Part shown: positions 25,601 through 37,228 of the stretch, piece after piece
Layout of the letters: every line of letters begins with the position of its first letter
Numbering within the stretch: position 1 is the stretch's first letter
Assembly (NCBI GenBank): GCA_030324005.1
Contig: JARDVH010000124.1
Span: 22,844,085 to 22,908,084, forward strand
Direction of reading: 5' to 3'
Length of the DNA stretch: 64,000 nt
Source: Negaprion brevirostris
Lineage: Eukaryota
Notes under the pieces: generated by a model
Seen by the model: only the letters and a program-made list of their open reading frames with translations
What the model was told of the DNA's origin: nothing
Databases searched by the model: none
Made by a program: the position numbers and the translations under genes

Positions 25601-28221
25601 GAGGATTTTTTTTAAAAAAGGAAACTGAGGGGATCCAATTAATGTTTCATCAGTTTTGGGCAAGACTTATAAAGAAACATTTGATGGAATTGTCTTTTAT
25701 ACCGCTGTAGAACTTATTTCTGCAATATTCTATGCTTCATTAAATATTTATATATCAAACTTGCAGGACAATTTAAATTAACAACTACTAGTTGTTCTTA
25801 ATCATATTTGTTTCCCACTCAATAAGTGTATTGTACATTACATAAACTTTAAGATCTGGCAAGCTATAAAACACAGATTAGACCCTCCTCCACTAATCTC
25901 CCCTTTACCCTTCCAACCAATTTTTAAATACAACAGAGATGGAATTTTTATTATGCTTTATAAAGTGGTGCTGTCATATTATGTGTTATGCTGGGGAAAA
26001 ATAGCAAGACAAAAAAATTGTTTGTTGCCTGATTTATTTATATCACAATAATGCTATCAGTTACATACTTCCAAAAGCACTGTATTACACTTGAGGAATT
26101 CAGACTACTTGCCTTAATCATTTTGACATTTAACTAGCAATTATTAATTCAATTTGTCTTTATTACAGCCACCAGAGACTGATGGATAACCATCACTAGA
26201 TGTGGTACAGCACTGCATGACAGAAAATTGCAGAACAATGCAATATTATAGATAGAGCTGTTAAGCAGCTGCTAATATTGTACAGCTGAGACTCCCTTTC
26301 AGGTGCACACCATTACCCTGGCCACGGTTGATCTAAGCACCAGCAAAAAAAACTACAATGCTAAACTATTCAGGTCAATATATGTATTAGAATACAAAAA
26401 TAAAGATTTACATGCTAGATGAAACATACTTAAGAGTCACTAGCCACCCCTCAAAATAAACTATTCGATTTTCACAAGAACTTCTGATGCAAGATGCAAA
26501 GAAAGCCAACTTTGCTATTAGCCAAAGGACATCGAATTGGGTAGCCCACTAAAAATATTGCCGACCCAAATCTATTATTAATATGCATGAATAGTGCACA
26601 CGTTCTCCTCTTTAAATCGTCTTTGATCGGCAGCCACAATTCCATGTGATTTGTTTAAATGGATACTGTTAAGGCATCTGTCATTCTGACTATGTGGAGG
26701 AACACTCATTGTCACAAACAGAATTGACACAAAGAAAAAAGTTGAAAGCAGCCAGGCTTCCGAAACTTGTAACAGTGCAGCATTACTCATATTTTGATAG
26801 TCTGGAACCTCTATGAATTTCTCTCTCCAGTTAATACATTCATAAAGTACCATACAAACTTGAGAGCATTACAACATAAGGTGTTATTTTTCCCGTCATG
26901 GCTGCACCACCTCAAACCATTCACCTTTTTCCACCAAATATCTATCCAATTCTTTTTCAAAGGCTTTTATGGATTCCACTTCCACCATCATTACAGGCAG
27001 GCAGTTCCATAACCTCATAGCCAACTGCAATTTTAAAAAAATCTTTCAAATTATCTTGCTCTTTTTAATGACATTAAATGTTTCTGGTTAGAATTCAACA
27101 ACAGGTGGATTTAGTTTTCCCATATTATCAAACACCGCATGATTTAAATATCTCAGATTTTCTCTTAATTTGCTCTGTTCTTAGGTGAAAGGGCTCCAAT
27201 TTTTCCAATTTCCTTATAACTAAAGCTTCTCACTCCAACTTTACCTTTCTTCTGCAAACTGTGAACATATGATGTCGAGGCAGGAATAGTCTACTTGGCC
27301 CCTCAAGCCATAACTGACATCCTTCCCATTGTGTACACAAAACTGGAGTGGAATACACTTGCTTTCCATTTTAGGCACCTACTATTGAAGTAAAGCACTC
27401 AGATACAAGTGTCCTATTCTACTTCCACTCCTCACCACCCCGTCAACTGAATTCAGAAGGGGGAACCAAAACAATACTAACAATCTGAAGACAATAAATC
27501 TAGGCATCACAGCATTCCAGCACTGTGCTGCATTGGCCATTCTTTGTGTGTGAGCCAAGGCTGTGAAGACTGGAAAGTAATCTGACCATCCAGCACATTA
27601 TAGTAAGCCCAGCCCTGCCCTCACCAGACAGACATTCTTTAACACATGCTTCACATATCAGCTACTCTACGTCAATTAGAAGTAGAATTGTGGATGAATT
27701 TTGTCCTTCATATTCTAGTAGTGTTGAAACCATTTGGAGAACTATCGTGCCTAACTTAGTATAACCAAAAATTACACACAGAAGCTTCCAATTCAATACT
27801 GTTTACTCAGTGAAATGGTGCAATTATGCACTGACCTATTCAGCAGCACCTAGACTGTAATGTTATGGTTAATAGTGGAATTTTTAAAATTGTTTTACCA
27901 AATTTTACTGAAGCTATTGTTCAGTACAGAGGAAATATAAAGTTTTAATATAAATATAAAAATATTTAGTGCAGCATGGTAAAAATGCAGCTCATTTTCT
28001 TTCAGCGTTAACAAGCCCCATATGGCTCCTTGTAACATGGTTTTCAGATAAGGAGATCGAGTGTGATGGATTAAAACCTTATCTTAGTGACCAAAGTAAT
28101 GAAGAAATGTCATCTTCACAGGACTTTTTTTAAAAAGTCAATCATACTTTATTTAACATCGGAGATACTTCTAACTAAACATGTTCATCCCCAAATAAAG
28201 AAATAAATATATTTTTAATTG

Positions 28222-28360
28222 AGCTTTGACTAAGGATCATCTGAACTTGAAAAGTCAGCTTTTTTTCTCTCCTTACAGATGCTGCCAGACCTGCTGAGAT
28301 TTTCAAGCATTTTCCCTTTTGGTTTCAGATATTCCAGCATCCACAGTAATTTGCTTTTAA
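28222..28360 (+). mobile_element. Penelope-like element terminal fragment with degenerate hammerhead core
   Basis: ttgacta-aggatcatctgaactt-gaaa followed by cagatgctgccagacctgctgag...ttccagcatc. Same family as 46124-46240 on the minus strand. Confidence 0.65.
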
Positions 28361-28666
28361 CGTATTTTTAGTACCTGCTAGATGCCAAACTCACCAGCTT
28401 ACCTAAAACACCCGTAAACAGTAAGATAGCAAAGTACAGTGATCATGGAGAAACGCAAAACTAGAATTTAGGCTAATGTTCCTTTTTTTAAAAAAAAGTC
28501 AGTCTATTTAGAAAGAGAGACACTTCGGCTGGAATTTNNNNNNNNNNNNNNNNNNNNNNNNNNNNNNNNNNNNNNNNNNNNNNNNNNNNNNNNNNNNNNN
28601 NNNNNNNNNNNNNNNNNNNNNNNNNNNNNNNNNNNNNGTCAGTCTATTTAGACAGAGAGACACTTC

Positions 28667-28781
28667 GGCTGGAATTTTACCACAAGCCCGCCTTGATTCC
28701 AGGACACACGGAACGGAAATCTTCACTGGCCTCGGGCAGGATTTTACAAATTCACCCGAACGAGGTTGTAAAATCCCGCCC
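28667..28781. mobile_element. Short non-autonomous DNA transposon (MITE, possibly Harbinger-like)
   Basis: Imperfect terminal inverted repeats ggctggaattttac ... gtaaaatcccgccc. A related piece lies at about 54598-54720. Confidence 0.6.
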
Positions 28782-30829
28782 ACCAAGTCACAAGGTTAAA
28801 TCAATGTATGCAGAAATAATAGTGGCAAGAAAATTATCTAGAAAAAAATACTTCAATTTAAGTAATGGAGATCAAAGATTTAACACTAATTCTGAAACCA
28901 TTAATATAAAAGGGAGACACAACACTGAATACGCAGCAGTTCAATCAACAGTTGAAAGTAAAAGCTGGGCTAATATTGCTGATAAAAGGTAGAAGCCAAA
29001 CATGAAGCTTTCCTTCTCTTTCAGATGCTGATTGACCTACTGTGCAATTTTTAGTTCCTCTTTATTAGCTGGAAAGATAACCAGTGAGTGCATGGTAACA
29101 AACAAGATAATTAAAGATAGGGCTCTCTGAAGAAATTCACATGTGTTTTTACCCCAGTTTGAAGGAAAAAATGTTTGGTCATTAGAAATGTTTCTTTCCC
29201 CTCTTTCAAAAACTTTTGATTCATGGTTTTAATTGAAGATTTAGTTCTGTACCAAATGGTGTTTATACCTTACCTGCACAGCTCCTCTTGCCTTGCATAA
29301 AGAAAATATTTATGGTTTACGAAGAGTAAAAAAGTGTTTAAATCCAGAAAAGGATCGGCTAAAAAAAAACACCCCCATAAAACCTTCACACTTTTTAAGT
29401 CTTTTACCATTTGCTGCTTAATGCAATCACAGCAGACAAACTGTCGGGATCACTATCCGCTCAGAGTTAATCAACCGTTCAGCCTAGTCTGTTCATTCTA
29501 TAATATTACAGGAATACAACACTGTGCACTTAATACCTTGCTGCAGTTATATAGCAATTCTCAGCTTGATGATGCCCAAAGGGTGCAATTATCTTCAATT
29601 TCACCAAGTAATTTTTATTATGGAATTCCAGTTGACCGCATCGCATAAAAAGTTAGAATATTCAACCATTTCCGCTCATCTCAAAATAGCGCACGTGCAA
29701 TTCTGTGCAGCTGAAACTTCAAACATATAGGACTTAATCACAGGACAATATTAGTCTAATTACAAATACAAAAAAGTCTAAAGTAGACCCAATGACTAAT
29801 ATTAATTTGGGTATAAGAATTCAGCCCAAAAGGAAGGGATTTGTAACTTGATCTTCTCCCAAAATTACCAAAAAAAGTTAAATAGCACCATACTGCATAA
29901 AGATTGAGATTACTTGTAATCAATTAAAACTAGTGAATAGTTGTCCAGTACTTGCCAAAAAATCATATACAATATATTGCCAGCCTGTCCTTTAATTGCA
30001 ACTTTAACTGCACCAATTACTGTTTCAGTAGGAACTGATTGTGTAGCACTTGCAAGGCAGTGAACATGAGCAAAAAAAAACACAAATCTGGAATATTTTC
30101 AGGACCATCTAAATTGTATTTTTCTTGATGGAGAGGTCAATTTTCCCAGCTGGGTGTTAGAATGCTGCTGAGAGTTAACAATCACTGCTAGATCTTCTCT
30201 ACAGGCTCAAACACCTTGGGAGATTATTCAGGTAAGTCAGCTGCAGCTTCAGGAATTTCACATCATATTTAGCTTGTCTATAAGCCAACTGATCTAGAAT
30301 CAATTTGTTTGCTCAGAGTTAACTGTCGATTTGTGATGAATGGATAATCTACATTTAGAAAACCTCAGTTCTTTCAGTTAAACTGAATTTGTAACTATAG
30401 CGGGAGCATTGACTTACTTGTGTTGCAGGACTCCTCCACTGCCCACTCTTTTCCCACCCCCACGCTACCCCGTTACAACCCAGCATTCAGCATGGCCTTC
30501 ATGCCAATGACCCTTGAGAATAGTGCATCTGCATGCACCCATCAGCTCATGCAAAACAAACAGCATGCGTAATTGACATTGCACACCAGAGCTTTGTGAC
30601 CTTCAAATGAGAAGAATCCTTATTCATCAAAACCAAATCCCATGGATCAGCTACAAGGTTTCACTGCCAAGGTCCAAAAACCTCCACCTGAAAGTAGCCA
30701 CAGCCATGGGAACAAAAACAGGCCACATCAGAAACTGATCCCAGGATACTCCGTTATTTTAAAAGGCTAACTGAATGTTAACCTCATCTCAATGGAATTG
30801 GAATTCAAGAAGTAATGCTTCTTTTTTTA

Positions 30830-31400
30830 CAAAATCTTGTCAGGCCTCACCTAGTGCGTCATGTTCAGTTTTGGACACTAAACCTCAGCAAGAATATTCT
30901 GGTCTTGGGAGGGGTACAGCAAAAGAAAAATCACCAGAATCAAGAATTAAAGGGATAAACTATGTGAACACGTTACATAAAGATGGCTATTACGCCCTCT
31001 ACTTCAGAGGGTCAGATGCCATCTAATCAAGGTCTTCAAAATGGTAAAATGGACTTAACGCTATTTCCACTGACTGGAGAAATCAGGAGACGAGAACATA
31101 ATCTTGAAAAATCAAGCTGTGCAGTTTACTCCATCTAAGAACATAACAAGAACATTAGTAGTAGGAGCAGGAGNNNNNNNNNNNNNNNNNNNNNNNNNNN
31201 NNNNNNNNNNNNNNNNNNNNNNNNNNNNNNNNNNNNNNNNNNNNNNNNNNNNNNNNNNNNNNNNNNNNNNNNNNNNNNNNNNNNNNNNNNNNNNNNNNNN
31301 NNNNNNNNNNNNNNNNNNNNNNNNNNNATGATCTTATTGAATGGCGGGGCAGGCTCAAAGGGCTAGATGGCCTACTCCTGCTCCTATTTCTTATGTTCTT
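30830..31400. mobile_element. Cluster of degenerate CR1 fragments (RT C-terminus on +, 3' tails in both orientations around an N gap)
   Basis: gttcagttttggacac...ttgggaggggtacagc (QFW..LE.VQ-like). Tail gaatggcggggcaggctcaaagggctagatggcctactcctgctcctatttcttatg. Confidence 0.65.
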
Positions 31401-32265
31401 AAGTATGGAGGAGACTTTGGTTGATTCCCTTTAAGTGTTCCTGCTCTCAATATTATTTGGGTGAGAAGTAACAACCTACCAGCTAAGGAAAGCCTGACCC
31501 ATAGGACGCTGGCTCTTAGCACTCACTCTTCACCCCCCAGCCCCCTCCACAACCCCGGATGTGACAAGCTGCCTGAAGGGTAGCAGCTGCCATGCATGCC
31601 ACATTGCAACAGGCCATCCAGCAGCTGGGTTAATCCCAGCAGTGACAGGATGAGGTCCTTAAATGGTCCAAAAGTAGTCATTTGAGGGCCTCAAATGGTT
31701 GTGGCCACCATAGTCAACCATGGGTCCTTTTGCCCAGAACTTAATTCGGGCAGAGACAGGAAGGCACGTGGTTCCAGTATGCCATGATCCCAGCCAAGTA
31801 CGTGCCCTTCCAAGTTTGCCACCAGTGAGAGCACAAGATTCCGTCCACAAGCAGGACTGGATCTAAAATCAAGCCTTCTAAGCTCCTGTCGCATCACATA
31901 CTGTTGTATCACAACAAACTACTCTTAAAACAAGTCAAAAGAAGTTTGAAACAAGAATGCAAGATTAATTTTAACTAAAATACGGTGTTAGAAATGCAGT
32001 GGCCTTTTTCTAAAATGGTGATATTCTGTGTTGTGTTAATATTCCCAGTTTTGTTGCTACCATAGACATTCCAATTCTGCTGCTCGCAGTTTCCTGTAGA
32101 CTTCCACTGAACAGAAACACCTTTGCCTGGACTCCTTGAGAGACTATTATAAACACCTCTCACTGCTGCTCAGGTCTGCATAGCATCTTTCATCTAGCAC
32201 TTCATTTTTCTACCCTTCGAGATGTTATTTAGCAAGTATAATGTTTAAATCAACTGCATGTCATA

Positions 32266-33020
32266 GTCCCATGGCACTAACTTTCTTAAGAGCAAGGGAG
32301 TTATCCCTCAATCATCATCACAAAAACAGATTATCACATTGCTCGTGTGTGGGATTTTGCTGTGGACAAAACAGTGTGATTCCGACATTACATAAATTTC
32401 AACAAGAATCTCCAGTGNNNNNNNNNNNNNNNNNNNNNNNNNNNNNNNNNNNNNNNNNNNNNNNNNNNNNNNNNNNNNNNNNNNNNNNNNNNNNNNNNNN
32501 NNNNNNNNNNNNNNNNNTCACAAAAACAGATTATCACATTGCTCGTTTGTGGGATTTTGCTGTGGACAAAACATTGTGATTCCGACATTACATAAATTTC
32601 AAAAAGAATATCCATTGCCTATAATGCATTTTGGGACATCCGGTTGATCACGAAAGACACTACATAAACGTGAGTCATTTGTTTTTGTTAAACTGATGAG
32701 CCGTGGGTCAGTTGGCAGCATTCACGCCTCTTAAGTTAGATGGTTGTGGGTTCATGTCACACACCAAAGATGTAAGTACAAAAACAAGACTGACACTCAG
32801 ATACAGTGCTGCACCCTCAGTAGAGCCATTGTTCAGGTGAGACATTAAACCAACACCCTGTCAGATCCCATGACACTATTTTGAAGACGACCAGGGAGTT
32901 CTCTCTGATGTCTTGGCCAACATTCATCAATCAACATTAATAAAACAGGTTATCTGGTCATCACCACATTGCTGGGCACCTATTATGCCAACAGGTGCTG
33001 TATAAAGTCAAATCTTCGTT
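32266..33020 (+). mobile_element. Two DeuSINE/SacSINE1-like SINE copies (32266-32690, interrupted by a gap; 32698-33020)
   Basis: Deu-domain-like text atcccatgacactattttgaagacgaccagggagttctc...ttatctggtcatcaccacattgctg, with a tRNA-like head at about 32700-32760. Confidence 0.65.
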
Positions 33021-33376
33021 CTCCCATTGTCCCCAATAACTTATGACTATTTCATTTAATGGCAATAGCCACTGTTTACCACGACTTATTCTGACCTTTA
33101 GCCAAACATGTAAATTAAACCATTTTACTGAAATCAGAAAGACTTAGCCACTCCCATAACAAGTCGAAGATGTCAACTGAAGAGCTCACAGGATGGGAAA
33201 TAAAATTATAATATTATTCCAGAAAGAGCTGGAAACGTTCATCAAAAGTCAAGGCCCAGGATCATGAATGGGCAGTGAAGAAGAAGCTTTGCTTTGTGTC
33301 TAATCTATGGGGTGATGCTACTCAGCATAACATTTGGAAGAAAAAATACCGTTCCAAACATTACACTTATAACTAC

Positions 33377-33660
33377 GCAGTGGTTAGCACTGCTGCCTCA
33401 CAGTGCCAGGGACCCAGGTTCAATTCCAGCTTGAGTCACTGTCTATGTGGAATTTGCACATTCTCCCCGTATCTATGTGGGTTTCCTCCTTCAGTCCAAA
33501 GATATGTAGGTTAGGTGGATTGGCTGTGCTAAATTGCCCCTTAGTATCAGGGGGACTAGCTAGGGTAAATGCATGGCATAATGAAGATAGGGCCTGGGTG
33601 GGTTTGTGGTCGGTGCAGGCTTAATGAATGGCCTCCTTCTGCACTGTAGAATTCTATGAA
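33377..33660 (+). mobile_element. tRNA-derived HE1/V-SINE-like SINE with CR1-type tail
   Basis: gcagtggttagcactgctgcctcacag...gggacccaggttcaattcc (A and B box), core tgcacattctccccgt..gggtttcctc, tail ggcctccttctgcactgtagaattctatg. Confidence 0.85.
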
Positions 33661-35677
33661 TTCAAACACATTTCTTATTGATAAACGAAAGGTCACCATG
33701 CTCAACTGAATTAACTAGGTTCAGCACAAAGTCTGCTTTCTATTGGCCCACTCTCAACTCTGAAGAGCACTTCTGATTTCTAAGAGCGAGATTGTTAATT
33801 TGTGCAGTGCTTTTCTTACCCATGAAGGTAGCACATGAGGCACCAGGTTGAGACTGAGCAAACTAATTTAATACAGGTATGCATATGCACAATGGAGGAG
33901 CTTTGGGCTACAATTTGTAACCTGTGAGTAAAGGGCTTATGGTCAGTGCCTTGGGTGGGAAATACATGTAGTATGCCATGGCTCCTGCTCCTGTGTTTTT
34001 AAAGCCACTTTAAGCAATTAGAAGTAAAATTTTACTTGAAATCATTATTAATGCGAGGAGCACAAAGTCGTACCACCTTCACTGTGAAATTCGTACCCAT
34101 TACACATTTTTCCTCAATTATAATATTCATAAAATATGAAACCATTCCATGAAAATATATTCAGTAACGGTCAAAAAATATTAATGGAGAAAGGCAGTAC
34201 AGAATTTTATAATTCTGCTGCTGGAATTAAAGTATGCAACAGTAATTTGAACAGTCATTCTCTGGTTCTAATTGAAGGTTAAAATTACAGAAATATTCAT
34301 AATTACATAATATCGTCTCCAGTCAATGCTGGCATCAATTAAAAAGTACTGGTGCATAAGCAAAATGGCAGAGTAGACACAAAATATGAAAGAGACTTAG
34401 TTCTTCCAAAGATTACTTCATAATCCAAAAGTTGTTACGTTCATTGACCTAACTTTGTTTTCAATGCACTCTGCAGCCTGCCACACAACAGAAACTGGTA
34501 GAACACACTACCACGTGAAGAATGCTGCCCAATGGCTTATAAATGACTGCTTTAATGAATGAGAACGCTTTACCATAATATATATTAAATTGCACATCAT
34601 GTTTGGGAATTCTTCACAGTAAACTGTAAAATACCTGAAGACAAAAGTCAGAAGAGATTCAACTGAGGAACAACACAAACAGAACACTGCATCAGCTGCT
34701 GGACTATCAGAACACCACTTAACGGCAACACTGAATTTTAAACGGTGCAAAGTGAAAATGGGACTTAAACTTGGACTTCAAAACTGTCTGGGAATCATAT
34801 TCTGCATGCCAAATTTTGACTTAACAAGGCAACATTTGGTCTGCAATTTACAGCTTGTGCCCCCCCCNNNNNNNNNNNNNNNNNNNNNNNNNNNNNNNNN
34901 NNNNNNNNNNNNNNNNNNNNNNNNNNNNNNNNNNNNNNNNNNNNNNNNNNNNNNNNNNNNNNNNNNNNNNNNNNNNNNNNNNNNNNNNNNNNNNNNNNNN
35001 NNNNNNNNNNNNNNNNNNNNNNNNNNNNNNNNNNNNNNNNNNNNNNNNNNNNNNNNNNNNNNNNNNNNNNNNNNNNNNNNNNNNNNNNNNNNNNNNNNNN
35101 NNNNNNNNNNNNNNNNNNNNNNNNNNNNNNNNNNNNNNNNNNNNNNNNNNNNNNNNNNNNNNNNNNNNNNNNNNNNNNNNNNNNNNNNNNNNNNNNNNNN
35201 NNNNNNNNNNNNNNNNNNNNNNNNNNNNNNNAAGGCAGGCGAACCTTTGAAAAGCCTGCACAGCACCAATACATTGGGGACAGGCTAAACAGGCCAATGG
35301 TGAGACCCCCTCCCCTCCTGGATCAGAAGTCCCACTCTCCCCAAGAGCTACAGGCTATCAGATTGGCCTGCGATCTAGCAGTTCCAACACTGGCAGAACT
35401 CAGTACAGGTAGGTCTCAGGACTGCAAGGAGGCCCGGGAAAGATCATGGCAAACAGAGATAGACAAGACCTGGACCTTTAGAGCAGGGTTGGATTGGTGA
35501 GCCTAGGGAGGGGACTGGCGGTTGGAGGGCAGGGTGGGAGAAAACGGACATCTGAAAGGGGGGGATAGAATGTGATGAGCAGGGGGAACCTCCCCAGTTG
35601 ATCAGCAACCTCTCTTTTCTTCCCACCTTTACAAAAATGATCTTCACACTCGGGCAGTGCAGTTGTGCTCAATGTTT

Positions 35678-35935
35678 TATAGAATAGAATCATAGGAGGT
35701 TTATGGCGGAATGGGGCCACTTGGCCCATCAGTGTCTGGGCCAGCCAAAAACAAGCCAGTCAACCTAATCCCACTTTCCAGCAATCAGTCCGCAGCCCTG
35801 CAGGTAACAGCACTCGAGAGACATATCCAGACAACCATTTAAATGAGTTAAGGGTTTCTGCCGCTACTACCCTTTTTGAGCAGCAAGTTCCAAACTCCTA
35901 TCATCCTCTGGGTGAGAAAGATTTCCTCATCTTTT
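35678..35935 (-). mobile_element. CR1 3' fragment
   Basis: tagaatcatagga...ggccacttggcccatc...aagttccaaactccctatcatcctctgggtgagaaag. Confidence 0.65.
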
Positions 35936-36966
35936 CATGACAGTGGAGGCAAACTGGGGCCCTTCACTTGCTCTTAACTGGGCAGTTAAATGCATTGACA
36001 GGAGCCCAGTGGACATATTACCCACCTACGTATTATGGGGAACAGGTCTGGGTTTGGATTTGGGGGGTGGGGGAATAGGTTGGACACCCAATGTATTTTA
36101 CTTGCTGCCTTCCACCCCTCCAAAATTACATCCACGAGAGGAAGTCAAACCCCAACTCTACAGATTTCCCAATACAATGAAAATTTCCACCCCATTGTTA
36201 ACCACCATCAGCTTGTAAAAAATAAACTTCTGACTTTCCATTGCTTTGTACCAATCCAACCATTTTTATATAATTCCGTCCATAAAATATATATCCTACG
36301 TATATAGAAAAATTACAGCTAACGCTGCTTATGATAAATTGCAGAGATCCTTGGGTATCCTCCCCCACATTAGTGACAGAGGAGATAAGATAATGTAAGA
36401 AATCAGTCTGAATATCATGTGAAAGGATCGGTACAAAGCAACTCACAGTACAATGCATTATTAATAATTTTCTGTCACTATACCAGAAATCCTTAAGAAC
36501 TGAGATATAACAATGCTCCTTCAGGACTTGAGTGTTACCAATCATATCTTTAATCCTGCTCNNNNNNNNNNNNNNNNNNNNNNNNNNNNNNNNNNNNNNN
36601 NNNNNNNNNNNNNNNNNNNNNNNNNNNNNNNNNNNNNNNNNNNNNNNNNNNNNNNNNNNNNNNNNNNNNNNNNNNNNNNNNNNNNNNNNNNNNNNNNNNN
36701 NNNNNNNNNNNNNNNNNNNNNNNNNNNNNNNNNNNNNNNNNNNNNNNNNNNNNNNNNNNNNNNNNNNNNNNNNNNNNNNNNNNNNNNNNNNNNNNNNNNN
36801 NNNNNNNNNNNNNNNNNNNNNNNNNNNNNNNNNNNNNNNNNNNNNNNNNNNNNNNNNNNNNNNNNNNNNNNNNNNNNNNNNNNNNNNNNNNNNNAATCAC
36901 TTTTTTTTTTATATAAAAAGTGCTAGGCAAAACCAAAAATAAACACTAGGTCAACTCATGAAGTAA

Positions 36967-37228
36967 AGTTTATTTATTAGTCACACGTAAGGCTGACATT
37001 AACACTGCAATAAAGTTACTGTGAAATTCCCTGAGTCGCCACATGTTCAGATTAATGCACCTAACCAGCACATCTTTCAGAATGTGGGAGGGAACCAGGG
37101 CACGTGGAGGAAACTCACGCAGACACAGGGAGAATGTGCAAATTCCACACAGACAGTGACCCACGTCAGGAATCAAACCCAGGTCCCTGTGAGGCAGCAG
37201 TGCTAACCACGGTTCTACCATGCCACCC
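36967..37228 (-). mobile_element. HE1/V-SINE-like SINE with AATAAA-ending tail
   Basis: Reverse complement of the head at 33377 and 62946 (cagcagtgctaaccac). Tail tttatttattagtcac at the left end. Confidence 0.85.

Noticed and set aside
28498-28677. Direct repeats flanking 100-N gaps (also 32319-32610, 41690-41843, 60770-60945)
   Set aside because: Near-identical sequence on both sides of fixed-size gaps indicates unmerged contig overlaps or haplotypes.
33377-33430. tRNA gene
   Set aside because: A and B boxes belong to a SINE head, with no full cloverleaf. The same applies at about 37170-37228 and 62946-63012.
34508-34750. ORF containing CC..FTV..KRSHSL..W, reminiscent (from memory) of the mammalian TCF7L2 alternative exon peptide SPLPCC...FTVS...MKRSHSLQK
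   Set aside because: No credible phase-0 acceptor in that frame, spacing differs, and a 6-residue match is plausible by chance in 64 kb. A nucleotide alignment to the mammalian exon would settle it.
34752-36942. Long ORFs full of X (also at 31104, 50808 and 58921)
   Set aside because: Artefacts of N runs.
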